Below are positions 27,524 through 39,200 of a DNA stretch of 64,000 nucleotides, in pieces (within the stretch, counting starts at the first letter, position 1; each line of letters begins with the position of its first letter). Under the pieces are notes generated by a model. The model worked only from the letters and a program-made list of their open reading frames with translations. It ran no database searches and was not told the DNA's origin. The DNA is from Octopus sinensis (Eukaryota), in the NCBI RefSeq assembly GCF_006345805.1, contig NW_021837034.1:3411-67410 (forward strand), read 5' to 3'. The position numbers and the translations under genes are program-made.

Positions 27524-28712
27524 ACACACACATATATATATACGCATATATGCACACACAGACACATATATATATGTACACACATACACACATATATATG
27601 TATGGCGGAGACACACACAATTAGAAACGCGTGTGAATAATCATTTGGATGAACGAAAGCGAATCATGCGGTTTTTATTCGTGAATTACATGTCTGAGAC
27701 AATGTGGGTTTCGACAAACGAGCGATTGATTGTTTTGTATGTGAATGTGTGTGTATGTATGTATGTCTCAGTAAGAAAGAAAGAGAGAGAGAGAAAAAGA
27801 ACCATGTATGTTTAATTTAATATATATAAATTCTACATAAACATATGTGACAATGTTTGAATATGTATGTGTGTGTGTGTATAAGAACAACAGACTTTCT
27901 AAAAGATGTCCATAGAAGATATCGCTAACGGCACCCAATGAATTCTGGCTTTATCAGTACCTCAGCCTTTCCAGTGTCGCGCTAATGCTAATTACGACTC
28001 CTGAGCCAGCAGACAAAATCGAAAAGGCGATGACACATTTGCAAGGGGGCCCCTTTAATATTATCGATCACACACTCACACAAACACACACACACACCAC
28101 ACATATATATATATACATATATATACACACACACACATATATATATACGCATATACACACACACAGACACATATATATATATATATATACACACATACAC
28201 ACATATATATGTATGGCGGAGACACACACAATTAGAAACGCGTGTGAATAATCATTTGGATGAACGAAAGCGAATCATGCGGTTTTTATTCGTGAATTAC
28301 ATGTCTGAGACAATGTGTGTTTCGACAAACGAGCGATTGATTGTTTTGTATGTGAATGTGTGTGTATGTATGTATGTCTCAGTAAGAAAGAAAGAGAGAG
28401 AGAGAAAAAGAACCATGTATGTTTAATTTAATATATATAAATTCTACATAAACATATGTGACAATGTTTGAATATGTATGTGTGTGTGTGTATAAGAACA
28501 ACAGACTTTCTAAAAGATGTCCATAGAAGATATCGCTAACGGCACCCAATGAATTCTGGCTTTATCAGTACCTCAGCCTTTCCAGTGTCGCGCTAATGCT
28601 AATTACGACTCCTGAGCCAGCAGACAAAATCGAAAAGGCGATGACACATTTGCAAGGGGGCCCCTTTAATATTATCGATCACACACTCACACAAACACAC
28701 ACACACACATAT
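27524..28712. repeat. 611-bp tandem duplication
   Basis: The unique block starting gtatggcggagacac at 27600 recurs at 28211. ORFs 27633/28244 and 27985/28596 are offset by 611. One visible substitution (gtgggtt/gtgtgtt). Confidence 0.93.
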
Positions 28713-29070
28713 ATATACATCCATCCATACAATAAGCACCGATATATCTCTTGGCAGCTGTGTTCAATTTTCTTTTTCGTACTTTTGTTTCCTTCTCAAC
28801 ATGATGCGATGGATGAACTGACACAAGTGACAATATACGATGATGAGATAATAATGAACGTATAGTGCTATGGATATAAATAACATATACGTTGGTATAA
28901 ATTAAATAAAATGCATGTAATAATATATATAAACACTTAAAAGCGCCAGAAGGCTCCAACGTAATTAAATCGCATCTTTTTTTTTCTTTTAATGTTGGTA
29001 TCCAGGCTGGAGAAGCCGTTGGGTCGAGGATTAACATGCCTAGTGTACAGCATATCGGCGGTAACATACG

Positions 29071-29101
<31 letters not shown>

Positions 29102-29240
29102 CATAAATGTATACACTAGAACACATGGTTAACCGAAGTAAATACACAGACACACACACATGTACCTAACTAGACATCGATCGTTTGACCGGTTAGAAAT
29201 AGCAGACAAATCTCCCAAAAGGAAGGACGGACTCCTAGGA

Positions 29241-29552
29241 TAATACCTATTTCTTTATTACCCACAAGGGGCTAAACACAGAGGGAACAAACAAGGACAG
29301 ACATAGGTATTAAGTCGATCACATCGACCCCAGTGCGTAACTGGTACTTAATTTATCGACCCCGAAAGGATGAAAAGCCAAGTCGACCTCGGCTAATACC
29401 TATTTCTTTATTACCCACAAGGGGCTAAACACAGAGGGAACAAACAAGGACAGACATAGGTATTAAGTCGATTACATCGACCCCAGTGCGTAACTGGTAC
29501 TTAATTTATCGACCCCGAAAGGATGAAAGGCAAAGTCGACCTCGGCTAATAC
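29241..29552 (-). mobile_element. tandem dimer (~154-bp unit) of 5'-truncated Meta-domain-like SINE
   Basis: taatacctatttctttattacccacaagggg...gtcgacctcggc repeated twice, then taatacc. Confidence 0.88.
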
Positions 29553-30659
29553 CGTCTTGGATGCACAAGGATTGAAGGGGAAAAAAGAAGGAAATACGGG
29601 GTGATGAGGGCTTCAAACGTCTTTGAATATACGTCTGTCTGCTCGTATTAGGGCTCATGTAGGGAACACCAGCATCACCCAACATATTTATACAGGTACG
29701 GGGTAATGAGGATAAAACGCGCGCAGACATAAAAACACTTATTTCTCAGGATCGGAGGGTACATGTTAAGTGAAAGACACACACCTACATGAATACATGT
29801 AGACATCCAGAATGAAAGAGAGAATGAAATTCGTTTATACTTAAGATAAATAATACGATAATACTACAATTAATTGTGATAATAATAATATACACACTCG
29901 ATCCACGCGCGCACCTACAAATGAATTACAGCTAAGGGTTAATTAATATATACACATATTGAGAGAAAATGAAACACATTTGGAATATATAACATTGTAT
30001 AAATACATTCGACATACATAGAAAAAAATTCAAATTAGGTACTTGAAGATTTGGGATAAATTTCTCCACTTTTTCTTTTTTCTTAATAAACTTTGTTATA
30101 AAAAAAAACAAACAAAAAGAAAAAATAATGTAAAACAATAAAAAAAACTTACCTAACAAATTAATGTTTTTATCTTTTTTTTTTTTAATCCTCAATAAAT
30201 CGGTTATAAAAAAAGCAATAAACTTTGATGTGATTGTTTTTCTCCTGTCTATGATAATTTTTCCCTGCGTTAGCGTGTATCAATAATAATAATAATAGAA
30301 TTAAATAATAATAAGTCCTGCTTGGTGTTCACAATTGCATCCTCTTAATTTGCGAACACCAGTCTCGGCTATTTATGGCAATAGTCGGCAGACCTAACTA
30401 ACCGATCACAACTAAAGCACAGTTCCACACACGAAAAACTTAACGTGGAACACGAATCCTATTCAAAAACTAAAAAATATATTTAATTAATGGCCAAAAT
30501 AAACTTTTAACTTGTTTTTAGCATATTTCAGCGATGGATTCTTTCACTTTAAATAAAACCCACAGCCACAGTAGCAACTCCGTTGTTATGCATCGGTTTT
30601 GACTTGCCATTAGTGAACCAAGTCCAGGGGGCGCTTTGTCTTTTTTATTATTTTGTTAA

Positions 30660-31210
30660 CTTTTTGTTTTCTCTCCCCCTCTCACTCTGACTCTCTTTCT
30701 TTCTCTCTCTCTCCCTTTCACTCTCTTTGTATTCCTTTCTTTTTCCCTCTCACTTCCCTTTTCTTTTTCTATCTCTGTTCCTCGCACTCTTTTTCTCCCG
30801 TTCTGTTTCTTGGCTTCTCTTTTCCTCACTCACTCTCACATTGATTCTCTTTCTCTCTCTCTCACACACTCTCTTTATCTCTTTGTAGCTCACTCTTTCT
30901 CTTTCTCTCGTTACCCCTCTCTACCTCTTTGTCTTTCTCTCACCTGCTCTCTCTCCTTCTCTCACGCACACTCTTTTTTCTCCCCTTCTTCCTCTCTTTA
31001 TCTTTCTCCTTCTCGTTAAGGGGAGATCACCACGGCTCATCACCCATTCACTCTCGCGCTTCTTCACCTACAAACCATCGCCTTCTACAATTGTTCCTTT
31101 CACTCCCACTCACTCTACACCTTTACCTCTTTCTCCCTCTCTCTCTCTCCCCCTCTTCTACATCTTCCTGCCTTTCTCTCTACCTCTGCCTCATCCTCCT
31201 TCCTTCCAGC
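30660..31210. repeat. polypyrimidine (CT)-rich low-complexity tract
   Basis: Degenerate (CT)n. Confidence 0.85.
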
Positions 31211-31409
31211 TACTTCATATTTACTCATAAATATATCTATCTTTCTACCTACACACAACAACGAAAAAAAGCCAAAAAGTAACCACAGCATCTCGGACAT
31301 TACATTTCATCACAAAAAGGTTACGTATATTTTAGATTACTAAATATTACCCCTAAACCATCATCATAACTCTTTTCGTAGTTAAAATAATTACCTTTAA
31401 TTACATCTC

Positions 31410-31479
31410 GTTATCGTCTGTTTCGTATCTTCCACCATTTTGTCTCTACCACGCCTGGACTCGCCGAGGAGAAGCGACG
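31410..31479 (+). promoter_or_regulatory. putative promoter / non-coding first exon of SF3B5
   Basis: CpG-rich. YY1-like CCATTTTG at ~31435. Donor-like ACG|GTGAAT at 31479/31480, which pairs with a strong acceptor ttttgttttttcacag|A at 32511/32512. No ATG between the acceptor and the CDS start. Confidence 0.45.
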
Positions 31480-31979
31480 GTGAATCATTTTTAACCTTTA
31501 TTTCTATCAATTTTCACCCATAAATAATCGTTCTATTTTTACATTTCAATGCTAAACCCTCCTTTTTTTATTTGAAATACCTTAAAAGCCCTTCATAGTT
31601 TCAGTATCCATAATAACACCCCATCAGCGATCGTCTTGTCACGTTTGAGTTTCTCATTCGTAATTTCCCTCCTTAAATATATTTGTTTTTGTTTTAAATA
31701 TTTACCATTTAATTAATTACCATTATTACATAATTGACACTGGTTATAATGACAATTGATTCTCTTTTTATAACGGTGGATCTTGGAGTACATAGAACTA
31801 TAAATAATAATAACTGTAGATATTGGAATCCTTTTAAACTGCTTCTAACCATTCCAAGTTCTTCAAATTTTCACCAGATTATTATTATTATTTTATTTAA
31901 TTGTAGCTTTTGCATGCAGCTGATGATTGTCGCAATTCATTCTTCCTAGAAATTAATAATAAAGAAGTTACATTTAAAA

Positions 31980-32158
31980 GGTACTACTAGCCAACAGTGG
32001 TCCCGGTGCGCGCACTCGCGCAAGCTAGTCGTGACTAATTCGATCCTACAACGACTACGTAACAAAGTAAATAACACGCAAAAACACAAAGTAAGGATCG
32101 ACTAGTCATGACTAGCTAGCGCGTGCACGCACTGGGACCACTGTTCGCTAGTAGTACC
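31980..32158. mobile_element. Mutator (MULE)-like foldback MITE, 179 bp, 9-bp TSD
   Basis: ~68-bp imperfect TIRs beginning GGTACTACTAGC.AACAGTGGTCCC. Perfect flanking direct repeat CATTTAAAA (31971-31979, 32159-32167). Confidence 0.85.
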
Positions 32159-32687
32159 CATTTAAAAAATAATAATAATCAGGTGAAAATTTGAAAAACT
32201 TCAGGTTGTTATAAGAATTTAACAAAATGCAAATATTGAGTTGAAAATCCCTTTGATGGAAGAATAAGTCGAAGGCTGCTCCTGAGACTCGAACCCACAT
32301 CTGTAAACAAGCGCAGCTTTCGATTTTTTCTATCCGAAACGATTTTCAACCAATATTTACATACTGTTTATTTATAGCTTTATCTGCTTCGAGAACCACT
32401 ATTACAAGAAATTATTGCAAGTTCTCTCGAAAGTTTATCTAGTCTAATGATCGTGTTATTTTATTTATTTATTTGCTATGTTTATGGTGTTTTGTTTTTG
32501 TTTTTTCACAGACAATTTGGAATCGAAGACGTCCAATAATAAACTTTCAAATCAAGAAGTGGAAGGTGTAAGCAAAATATAATATTTTAAGCCGCATATA
32601 AAAACATCGCAGCGACTCGAATTTCTACTACTACTACTACTACTGCGGCCACTGCTGTTGTTATATAGTGTTATCTCTGTCGTCGCC

Positions 32688-32945
32688 ATGGGTGATCGAT
32701 ACAACATCCACAGCCAGTTGGAACATCTGCAATCGAAATACATCGGAACTGGACACGCGGATACAAATAAATGGGAATGGCTGACGAATCAACACAGGGA
32801 CAGCTACGCTTCCTACCTTGGCCATTTTGATATGCTCAATTATTTCTCGCTGGTGGAAAACGAATCGAAGGCTCGCGTCCGTTTCAATCTGATGGAAAAA
32901 ATGGTACAGCCATGTGGTCCGCCTCCCGAAAGACCAGAAGATTAA
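32688..32945 (+). CDS. SF3B5: splicing factor 3B subunit 5 (SF3b10), 85 aa, intronless CDS
   Basis: MGDRYNIHSQLEHLQSKYIGTGHADTNKWEWLTNQHRDSYASYLGHFDMLNYFSLVENESKARVRFNLMEKMVQPCGPPPERPED matches the highly conserved SF3B5 sequence. Kozak context gccATGG. The ORF track's upstream TTG start is not the true start. Confidence 0.98.
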   Translation: MGDRYNIHSQLEHLQSKYIGTGHADTNKWEWLTNQHRDSYASYLGHFDMLNYFSLVENESKARVRFNLMEKMVQPCGPPPERPED

Positions 32946-33333
32946 ATCACATCGGACTCTAATCCCCACCCCTCTTTTTTTTTTATCTTATATGTATATA
33001 TAAATATTTTTTTTTTTCAATTTCATTCATATTTTCTTATCATTTTACAATTGTTAATTTTTTCTCTTTCTCCCGCCATCTTCATTTCACACACATAGAC
33101 ATATTGACACATGCGTTTGTAATTGTCCGGCCCAGTTTCGATCTCAACTAATATTTTTCAGATATGTCCAGTGGCTTTTAGCTCAGTCGAATCACCCAGT
33201 CATTTAAGAATATTAATTAAAAACTACTTATTTCAGTCATGTTGCTACAGCCCTTACATACGACATTTATCAATTCACACACACTTTCTCTCTCTCTCTC
33301 TCTCTCTCTAAAAAAAAAACATAGGACCTAAAT

Positions 33334-33343
33334 AATAAATAAA
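33334..33343 (+). terminator. candidate polyadenylation signals for SF3B5
   Basis: Overlapping AATAAA hexamers ~390 bp after the stop codon. Confidence 0.4.
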
Positions 33344-34744
33344 AATATGAAAATACAGGCTTCGCACTCACGAAAACAACAACAGTCTTAAAGAAGAAGG
33401 GACACATTGCTTTAATTCAGTTATATTAATGTGGGAAAAAGATGAAGTGGACTTTAGAATGCTTTATATATCTGTTCCGAGTTGACCTGGAGCTAAGCAA
33501 CAAGAAGCTAAAATTAACCATCAACGCGATGGCGTGTCCAATCCATCTGCAGTTAAGGCTGGAGGTGAGAGAGCACGGCCGTAAGCCATTTTCACTTTCA
33601 CTTTAAGCCTGGTTGGGTGTCTTCAGAATGAACACAAATGTCTCGGCGTCTCCTGTTTTATTGTGTCATTGCAGTTAAGGGCCTGTGTGTACGAAACCAC
33701 TATTTACTCTAAAACTAGCCACCATCACTAAAACTCCTCCCGCTACTCAGTGCTATTGTAAACAAACTCACGCACGCACTCACCAACGAACGGTTCCAGC
33801 GGACTTGGCGGTTTGTTTATTTACATATTACAAAAGCAGCAGAACGTGACTGATTCATTGTCATGGGCCTTTATTGATATTAGTTTTAGCTACAGCAATT
33901 TTTGTTTTCTTTTCAATATCTACCATAATCATTTTGAGTTTTTATTTATTCATTTTTTTTTATTAAGATCGTTATATTAATAATTTTACTTAGAAAGTTC
34001 AAACACAAATACATTTACATATATTTTTTTTTAATTCATATTTGTCAATTTATCAATAAACCTTGTCATTTGAGCAAAGATTTTTATCATCTGGACTTCA
34101 AATGTTTTCCTTTGATTTCCTTCAGATGTTTTAAGTGTCTTTTTCTTCTTATTTTTTCTTTGGAGGCACATGGCTTAGTGGTTAAAGTGTTGGACTCTTG
34201 ATCATAAGATTGTGGTTTCAATTCCTGGGCCTGACATTGCATTGTATTCTTGAACATAACACTTCGTTTCACATTGCTCCAGTAGACTCAGCTACAAAAA
34301 GTTAGTAATCCTGCAACTGACCAGCTTCCCCTTCCAGGGGAGTCAGGGTATATATGTCAGAGAATCCAGGCAGTTTGCCCTATTAGCCTTTTATGACTCA
34401 GGAAAGAGCTTTATCCTTTGATCCACCCCCACCCCCATTTTTAAAGTTTGCTCTCGAAGATGTTACACCTGTGACTATATCATTGTGGACACTGGGCTTG
34501 GTGTGGTCGATGTAGTGAAGGAATTTCAGGGAGAGGAAACAAACACTTAAATCAGTGGGTCTCAACCAGGGTCCACGTAAGATTCCACTGTTAAAATTTA
34601 AGTGCATTTAAATTGGTTGTACATCTACAATACACAAAGTGTTTTTACAATTTTTTTATGTACAATTCCCAACAATATTTAATAATAAAAGTGTAATGTG
34701 GCTTTTTAAACATGAAATGGCTATGAGTGTCCATCTGCAAAAAT

Positions 34745-35162
34745 CATCATCATTTAATGTCCATTGCCTATGCTGGCATGGGTTGGACAGTTTGACCAAA
34801 GCTGGGAAGCTGCACCAGACTCCATTCTGATTTGGCATGGTTTCTACAGCTAGATGCCCTTTCTAATGCCAACCACTTTACAGAGTGTGCTGGATGCCTC
34901 TTACATGACATTGTCATAAGTGCTTTTCCCTACCAGAGGGACCAGTCTTAACACTTCTGCTGTGGAGTACAGCAAGGTGCCATATCTCGGTACTCTGTCA
35001 TCTTGCCTGCAAGGCTCAGCATCCTGAGATCATTCTTCAGTACTTCATCCCATGTCTTCCTGGGTCTCTCATTTCCATGTACTTTGAGAGATCAGCACTT
35101 GTCATCCATCTGCATCACATGACCAAACAAGCGCAGTCTTCTCTCTTGCACACAGCAACTGA
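34745..35162 (-). mobile_element. RTE LINE 3' end
   Basis: The minus strand encodes CCVQERRLRLFGHVMQMDD...RPRKTWDEVLKNDLRMLSL (RTE C-terminus), followed by the ...ggacattaaa(tga)n tail. Confidence 0.85.
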
Positions 35163-35879
35163 AATAAGAATCAGAGAGGCCCATAGGTGAAAAACGGTCA
35201 AGAAACACTGATTTTGATAAAATGGTGAATGCGGATTTTCAGTGTGTGCCTGGGAGGGTAACTTTTAGGTGCAATCCCATGGTCTGTGTCGTGACCGAAG
35301 GGGTCTCAGGAGGAGGATAATACAGTTATGACACTTTGTTTAACAATTGATGTATCACATTCATTCTTTTCTTCTTTTTTTTTAACATCCATTTTCCATG
35401 CTGGCATGGGTTTGACCGAAAACTGGGGAGCTGCACCAGGTTCCAATCTGATTTGGCATGGTTTTCTACAGCGGGATGCCCTCCTTAACACCAGCTACTC
35501 CAAGAATCTAGTGGGTACTTTTTACATGCCACTAGCATGGGTGCCAGTTACAAAACACTGACATCAGCTACAACTCTGATCTCACTTGGCTTGACGGGTC
35601 TTCTCAAGCATGACGTATCACTAAAGGTCTCAGTCACTTGTCTCTTACCTGGGCATGTTTTTCCCCCCTCCTCTTAACCCTTTATTATTCTAACCAACCA
35701 GATTCAGCTACTTGCACTTGTCCAGTAATGTTCTAAAAATAAGCAATGACATCACAAAAATCTTAAAGCTACATGATTAATTCAAAATGTGAATAAATAA
35801 GGATTGCATTTGACAGAATAAATCTGAATGCTGAGGAGTTGAAGCCTTTTTGTACAACCTGGTCGGATCCCATTCTGGT

Positions 35880-36250
35880 GACGTAAAAAGCACTATCCAA
35901 ATGTGATCGATGCCAGGGCTGCCTGACTGGCTCCTGTGCTGGTGGCATGTAAAAAGCACCGTCTGTATGTAGCCGATGCCAGTACCACTTGACTAACTCC
36001 CATGCTGGTGGCATGTAAAAAGCACCATCTGAACATGGCTGATGCCAGGCCCACCTGATTGGCTCCTGTACCGGTGGCATGTAAAAAGCACCCACTACAC
36101 TCTGAGTGGTTGGCGTCAGGAAGGGCATCAAGCTGTAGAAACTCTACCAGATCAAGATTGGATCCTGGTGCAGCCACTGGCTCTCCAGACCTCAGTCAAA
36201 CCATCCAACCCATGCCAGCATAGAAAACAGGCTTTAAGCGATGATGATGA
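35880..36250 (+). mobile_element. RTE LINE 3'UTR/tail with internal tandem repeats
   Basis: Repeated ggtggcatgtaaaaagcacc units, then ggttggcgtcaggaagggcatc...(gat)n. Confidence 0.75.
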
Positions 36251-36965
36251 CCATTCAACAAATCTATTTGAACTGTGTTCTGCATCCTGAAAGATGCAAC
36301 ACAATAACATTTCATGGTCGTCATTGGCTTCCTCAGTAATCAAACACCTAATCTTTTCTGTTACATTTCTTTCAGTCATTGGATTGTGGCCATGCTGGGG
36401 CGCCACTTTGAAGAGCTTAATCAAAAAATCAAACTCGGTACTTATTCATTTTAAAAGTCTGGTACTTATTCTACCATATCAATCTCCTATGCTGAACTGC
36501 TAAGTTATGGGGGACTAGCACTGGTTGTCAAATGGTGGTAGGTGGGGGACACAAATATGCACACATCATATTCAAGGCTCTGGTGAAGCTATAAGGTGTT
36601 ACTCAGACACTGCATTTTGTAGCAGAAACAGCTGTGAGCTAATGAAGTTAATAAGATAATCGCTTATTCCTTTGTCATCCAGTGTGGCTCTGTAGTAAGG
36701 AAGCTTGTTTCTCAACCACTTGGTTCCAGGTTCAGTCCCATTGTGTGACACTTTGGGCAAGTGTCTTCTACTATAGCCTTGTGAGTAGATTTGGTAGATG
36801 GAAACTAAAAGAAGCCCATTGTATATATATATATATATGAGTGTGTGTATTTTTCCCAACAAGTCCCCATAGCTTAGTTGTTCGGCAAGAACCCAATAGA
36901 ATATGTTCTGGGGTCAATTTCATTCAACTACTAATTATTCACGGTGGTGCCCCCAGTAAAAGATA

Positions 36966-37182
36966 TGAGAGAGTGCTGAAAAGTTCCTGGCTTCTGGTCA
37001 AAGAAAATACAGGAGGATCAGTTAATTGTGATTTTATTCAACATTATCCCCACTCTGATTCACACACTTATTGTAACGCTCCTTCAGTTTTTCTACGCCC
37101 TGAAAAAGAACTCAGAAGGTTGGGCCTCTAACCAGGCCCTTCATGATATCCTTAAAACCAGGAACTGTTCAGCACCCCCTTG
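36966..37182 (-). mobile_element. mariner-derived MITE with TA TSD
   Basis: TIRs TGAGAGAGTGCTGAAAAGTTCCTGG / CCAGGAACTGTTCAGCACCCCCTTG, flanked by TA. The minus strand retains the transposase C-terminus GVEKLKERYNKCVNQSGDNVE*. Confidence 0.85.
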
Positions 37183-37364
37183 TATATCTACCAAATTTAC
37201 AAGGAATTGGTTGACTTAAGGCTGAAGTAGAAGACACTTGCCCAAGGTGACACACAGTAGGACTGAACCTGGTATCACGTGGTTGCCAAATGAGCTTGTT
37301 AATCTCACAGCCATGCCTGTATGGTTCTACTCACATACAAAATTTTTGTTCTGTCAGTACTTCC

Positions 37365-37545
37365 CAGCATTCATATTTGTTCTGATGCGTGGCTCACTTC
37401 CTGTGTTTGCGATGCTTCATCAACCAAAAGAAGGTAGAAGCTTCAGCAAAGGAGTTATTCACCTCAAAGAACAAGAACTAGTATCAGAATGGGATCAAAG
37501 AACTGACCAGACGGTGCAACTCGATGACCTCTACTTCAAATGCTA
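37365..37545 (+). mobile_element. mariner transposase C-terminal fragment
   Basis: Reads LF*CVAHFLCLRCFINQKKVEASAKELFTSKNKN*YQNGIKELTRR, typical of a mariner C-terminus. Confidence 0.65.
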
Positions 37546-37566
37546 AGCTGCTTTTGTTGTAATTTA

Positions 37567-37760
37567 CTCTTTTACTTGTTTCAGTCATTTGACTGTGGCC
37601 ATGCTGGAGCACCGCCTTTAGTCGAACAAATTGACCCCAGGACTTATTCTTTGTAAGCCTAATACTTATTCTATCGGCCTCTTTTGCCGAACCGCTAAGT
37701 TACAGGGGATGTAAACACACCAGCATCAGTTGTCAAGCAATGTTGGGGGGACAAACATAT

Positions 37761-37807
<47 letters not shown>

Positions 37808-37968
37808 ACAGGCTTCTTTCAGTTTCCGTCTACCAAATCCACTCACAAGGGTTTGGTTGGCCCAAGGCTATAGCAGAAGACACTTACCCAAGGTGCCACG
37901 CAGTGGGACTGAACCCAGAACCATGTGGTTTGTAAGCAAGCTACTTACCACACAGCCACTCCTACACC
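37567..37968 (-). mobile_element. SINE family A, full length
   Basis: Reverse complement of the 7134 copy. Confidence 0.9.
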
Positions 37969-37999
37969 TATGAACAAAGCAAAGAAGTTACCAAAATAT

Positions 38000-38632
38000 T
38001 CTTTTCTATTCTAGGCACAAGGCCCGAAATTTTTGGGGTGGGGGCGGGCCAGTCGATTAGATCGACCCCAGTACACAACTGATACTTAATTTATCGAGGA
38101 TGAAGGGCAAAGTCAACCTTGGCAGAATTTGTACTCAGAACATAAGACAGACAAAATACCGCTAAGCACTTCGCTCCTCATGCTAACATTTCTGCCAGTT
38201 CACCACCTTCGATAATCATAATAATCCTTTCTATTATAGGCACAAGGCTCGAAACTTGTGGGAGGGGGATAGTTGATTACATCGACCCTAATAATCAACT
38301 GGTACCTAATTTATCGACCCCAAAAGAATGAAAGGCAAAGTCGACCTTGGCGGAATTTGAACTCAGAACGTAGTGGCAGATGAAATACCACTAAGCACTT
38401 CGCCCCACCTGCTAACGTTTCTTATTTCTTTACTGCCCACAAGGGGCTACACACAGAGGGGACAGACAAACGGATTAAGTCGATTATATCGACCCCAGTG
38501 CGTAACTGGTACTTATTTAATTGACCCCAAAAGGATGAAAGGCAAAGTCGACCTCAGCAGAATTTGAAGACAGACGAAATACAGCTAAGCACTTTTCCCC
38601 ATGTGCTAACATTTCTGCCAGCTCGCTGCCTT
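38000..38632 (-). mobile_element. cluster of three Meta-domain-like SINE copies
   Basis: Three repeats of atgaa.ggcaaagtc.acct.(g)gc.gaatttg. Confidence 0.8.
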
Positions 38633-38989
38633 GACATTAGCGTATTATTGCAAACTTTTGACTCAACACCATGAAAAGCCAAACAAACACCACAAAATAT
38701 TTTGTCCAACATTCTAACGGATCAGCCATCTTACCACCTACACTCCTTAAATTTTAATGTTGAAGTTGGTGAAAATAAGCATATAATATGCATGGAATTT
38801 TATGGTAATTTAATCTTACATGTCTGGGAGGGTTATGGACGCTCCCACTTCTCTGACCAACTTTACATGTCTTTTTTTGCTTTTATTTTTTATATGTTAT
38901 TCCTTATTAGAAAATGTCTAGTTCCTGCCTTCTGCTTCCGTATTCAATAGAAAATATGTTGATTGTTGTTGTCATTGTCATCTTCTCTA

Positions 38990-39200
38990 TTACCATCATC
39001 ATCACCATCACTATCAAGATCATCATCACCACCAAGATCATCGTCATCACCACCACCACCATCACACCAAGATCATCACCACCACCAAGATCATTATCAC
39101 CACCACCATCACCACCAAGATCATCATCACCACCATCAAGATCATCACCACCAAGATCATCGTCATCATCACCATCACCACCACAATTATCATCATCGTT
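38990..39200. repeat. (CAC/CAT/CAAGAT) trinucleotide-derived repeat
   Basis: Source of the His-, Thr- and Pro-rich pseudo-ORFs. Confidence 0.9.

Noticed and set aside
32658-32687. 10-aa N-terminal extension of SF3B5 in the ORF track
   Set aside because: It starts at TTG. The conserved protein begins at the ATG at 32688, in good Kozak context.
32661-32969. 102-aa antisense ORF over SF3B5
   Set aside because: Shadow of the real CDS, with no recognisable features.
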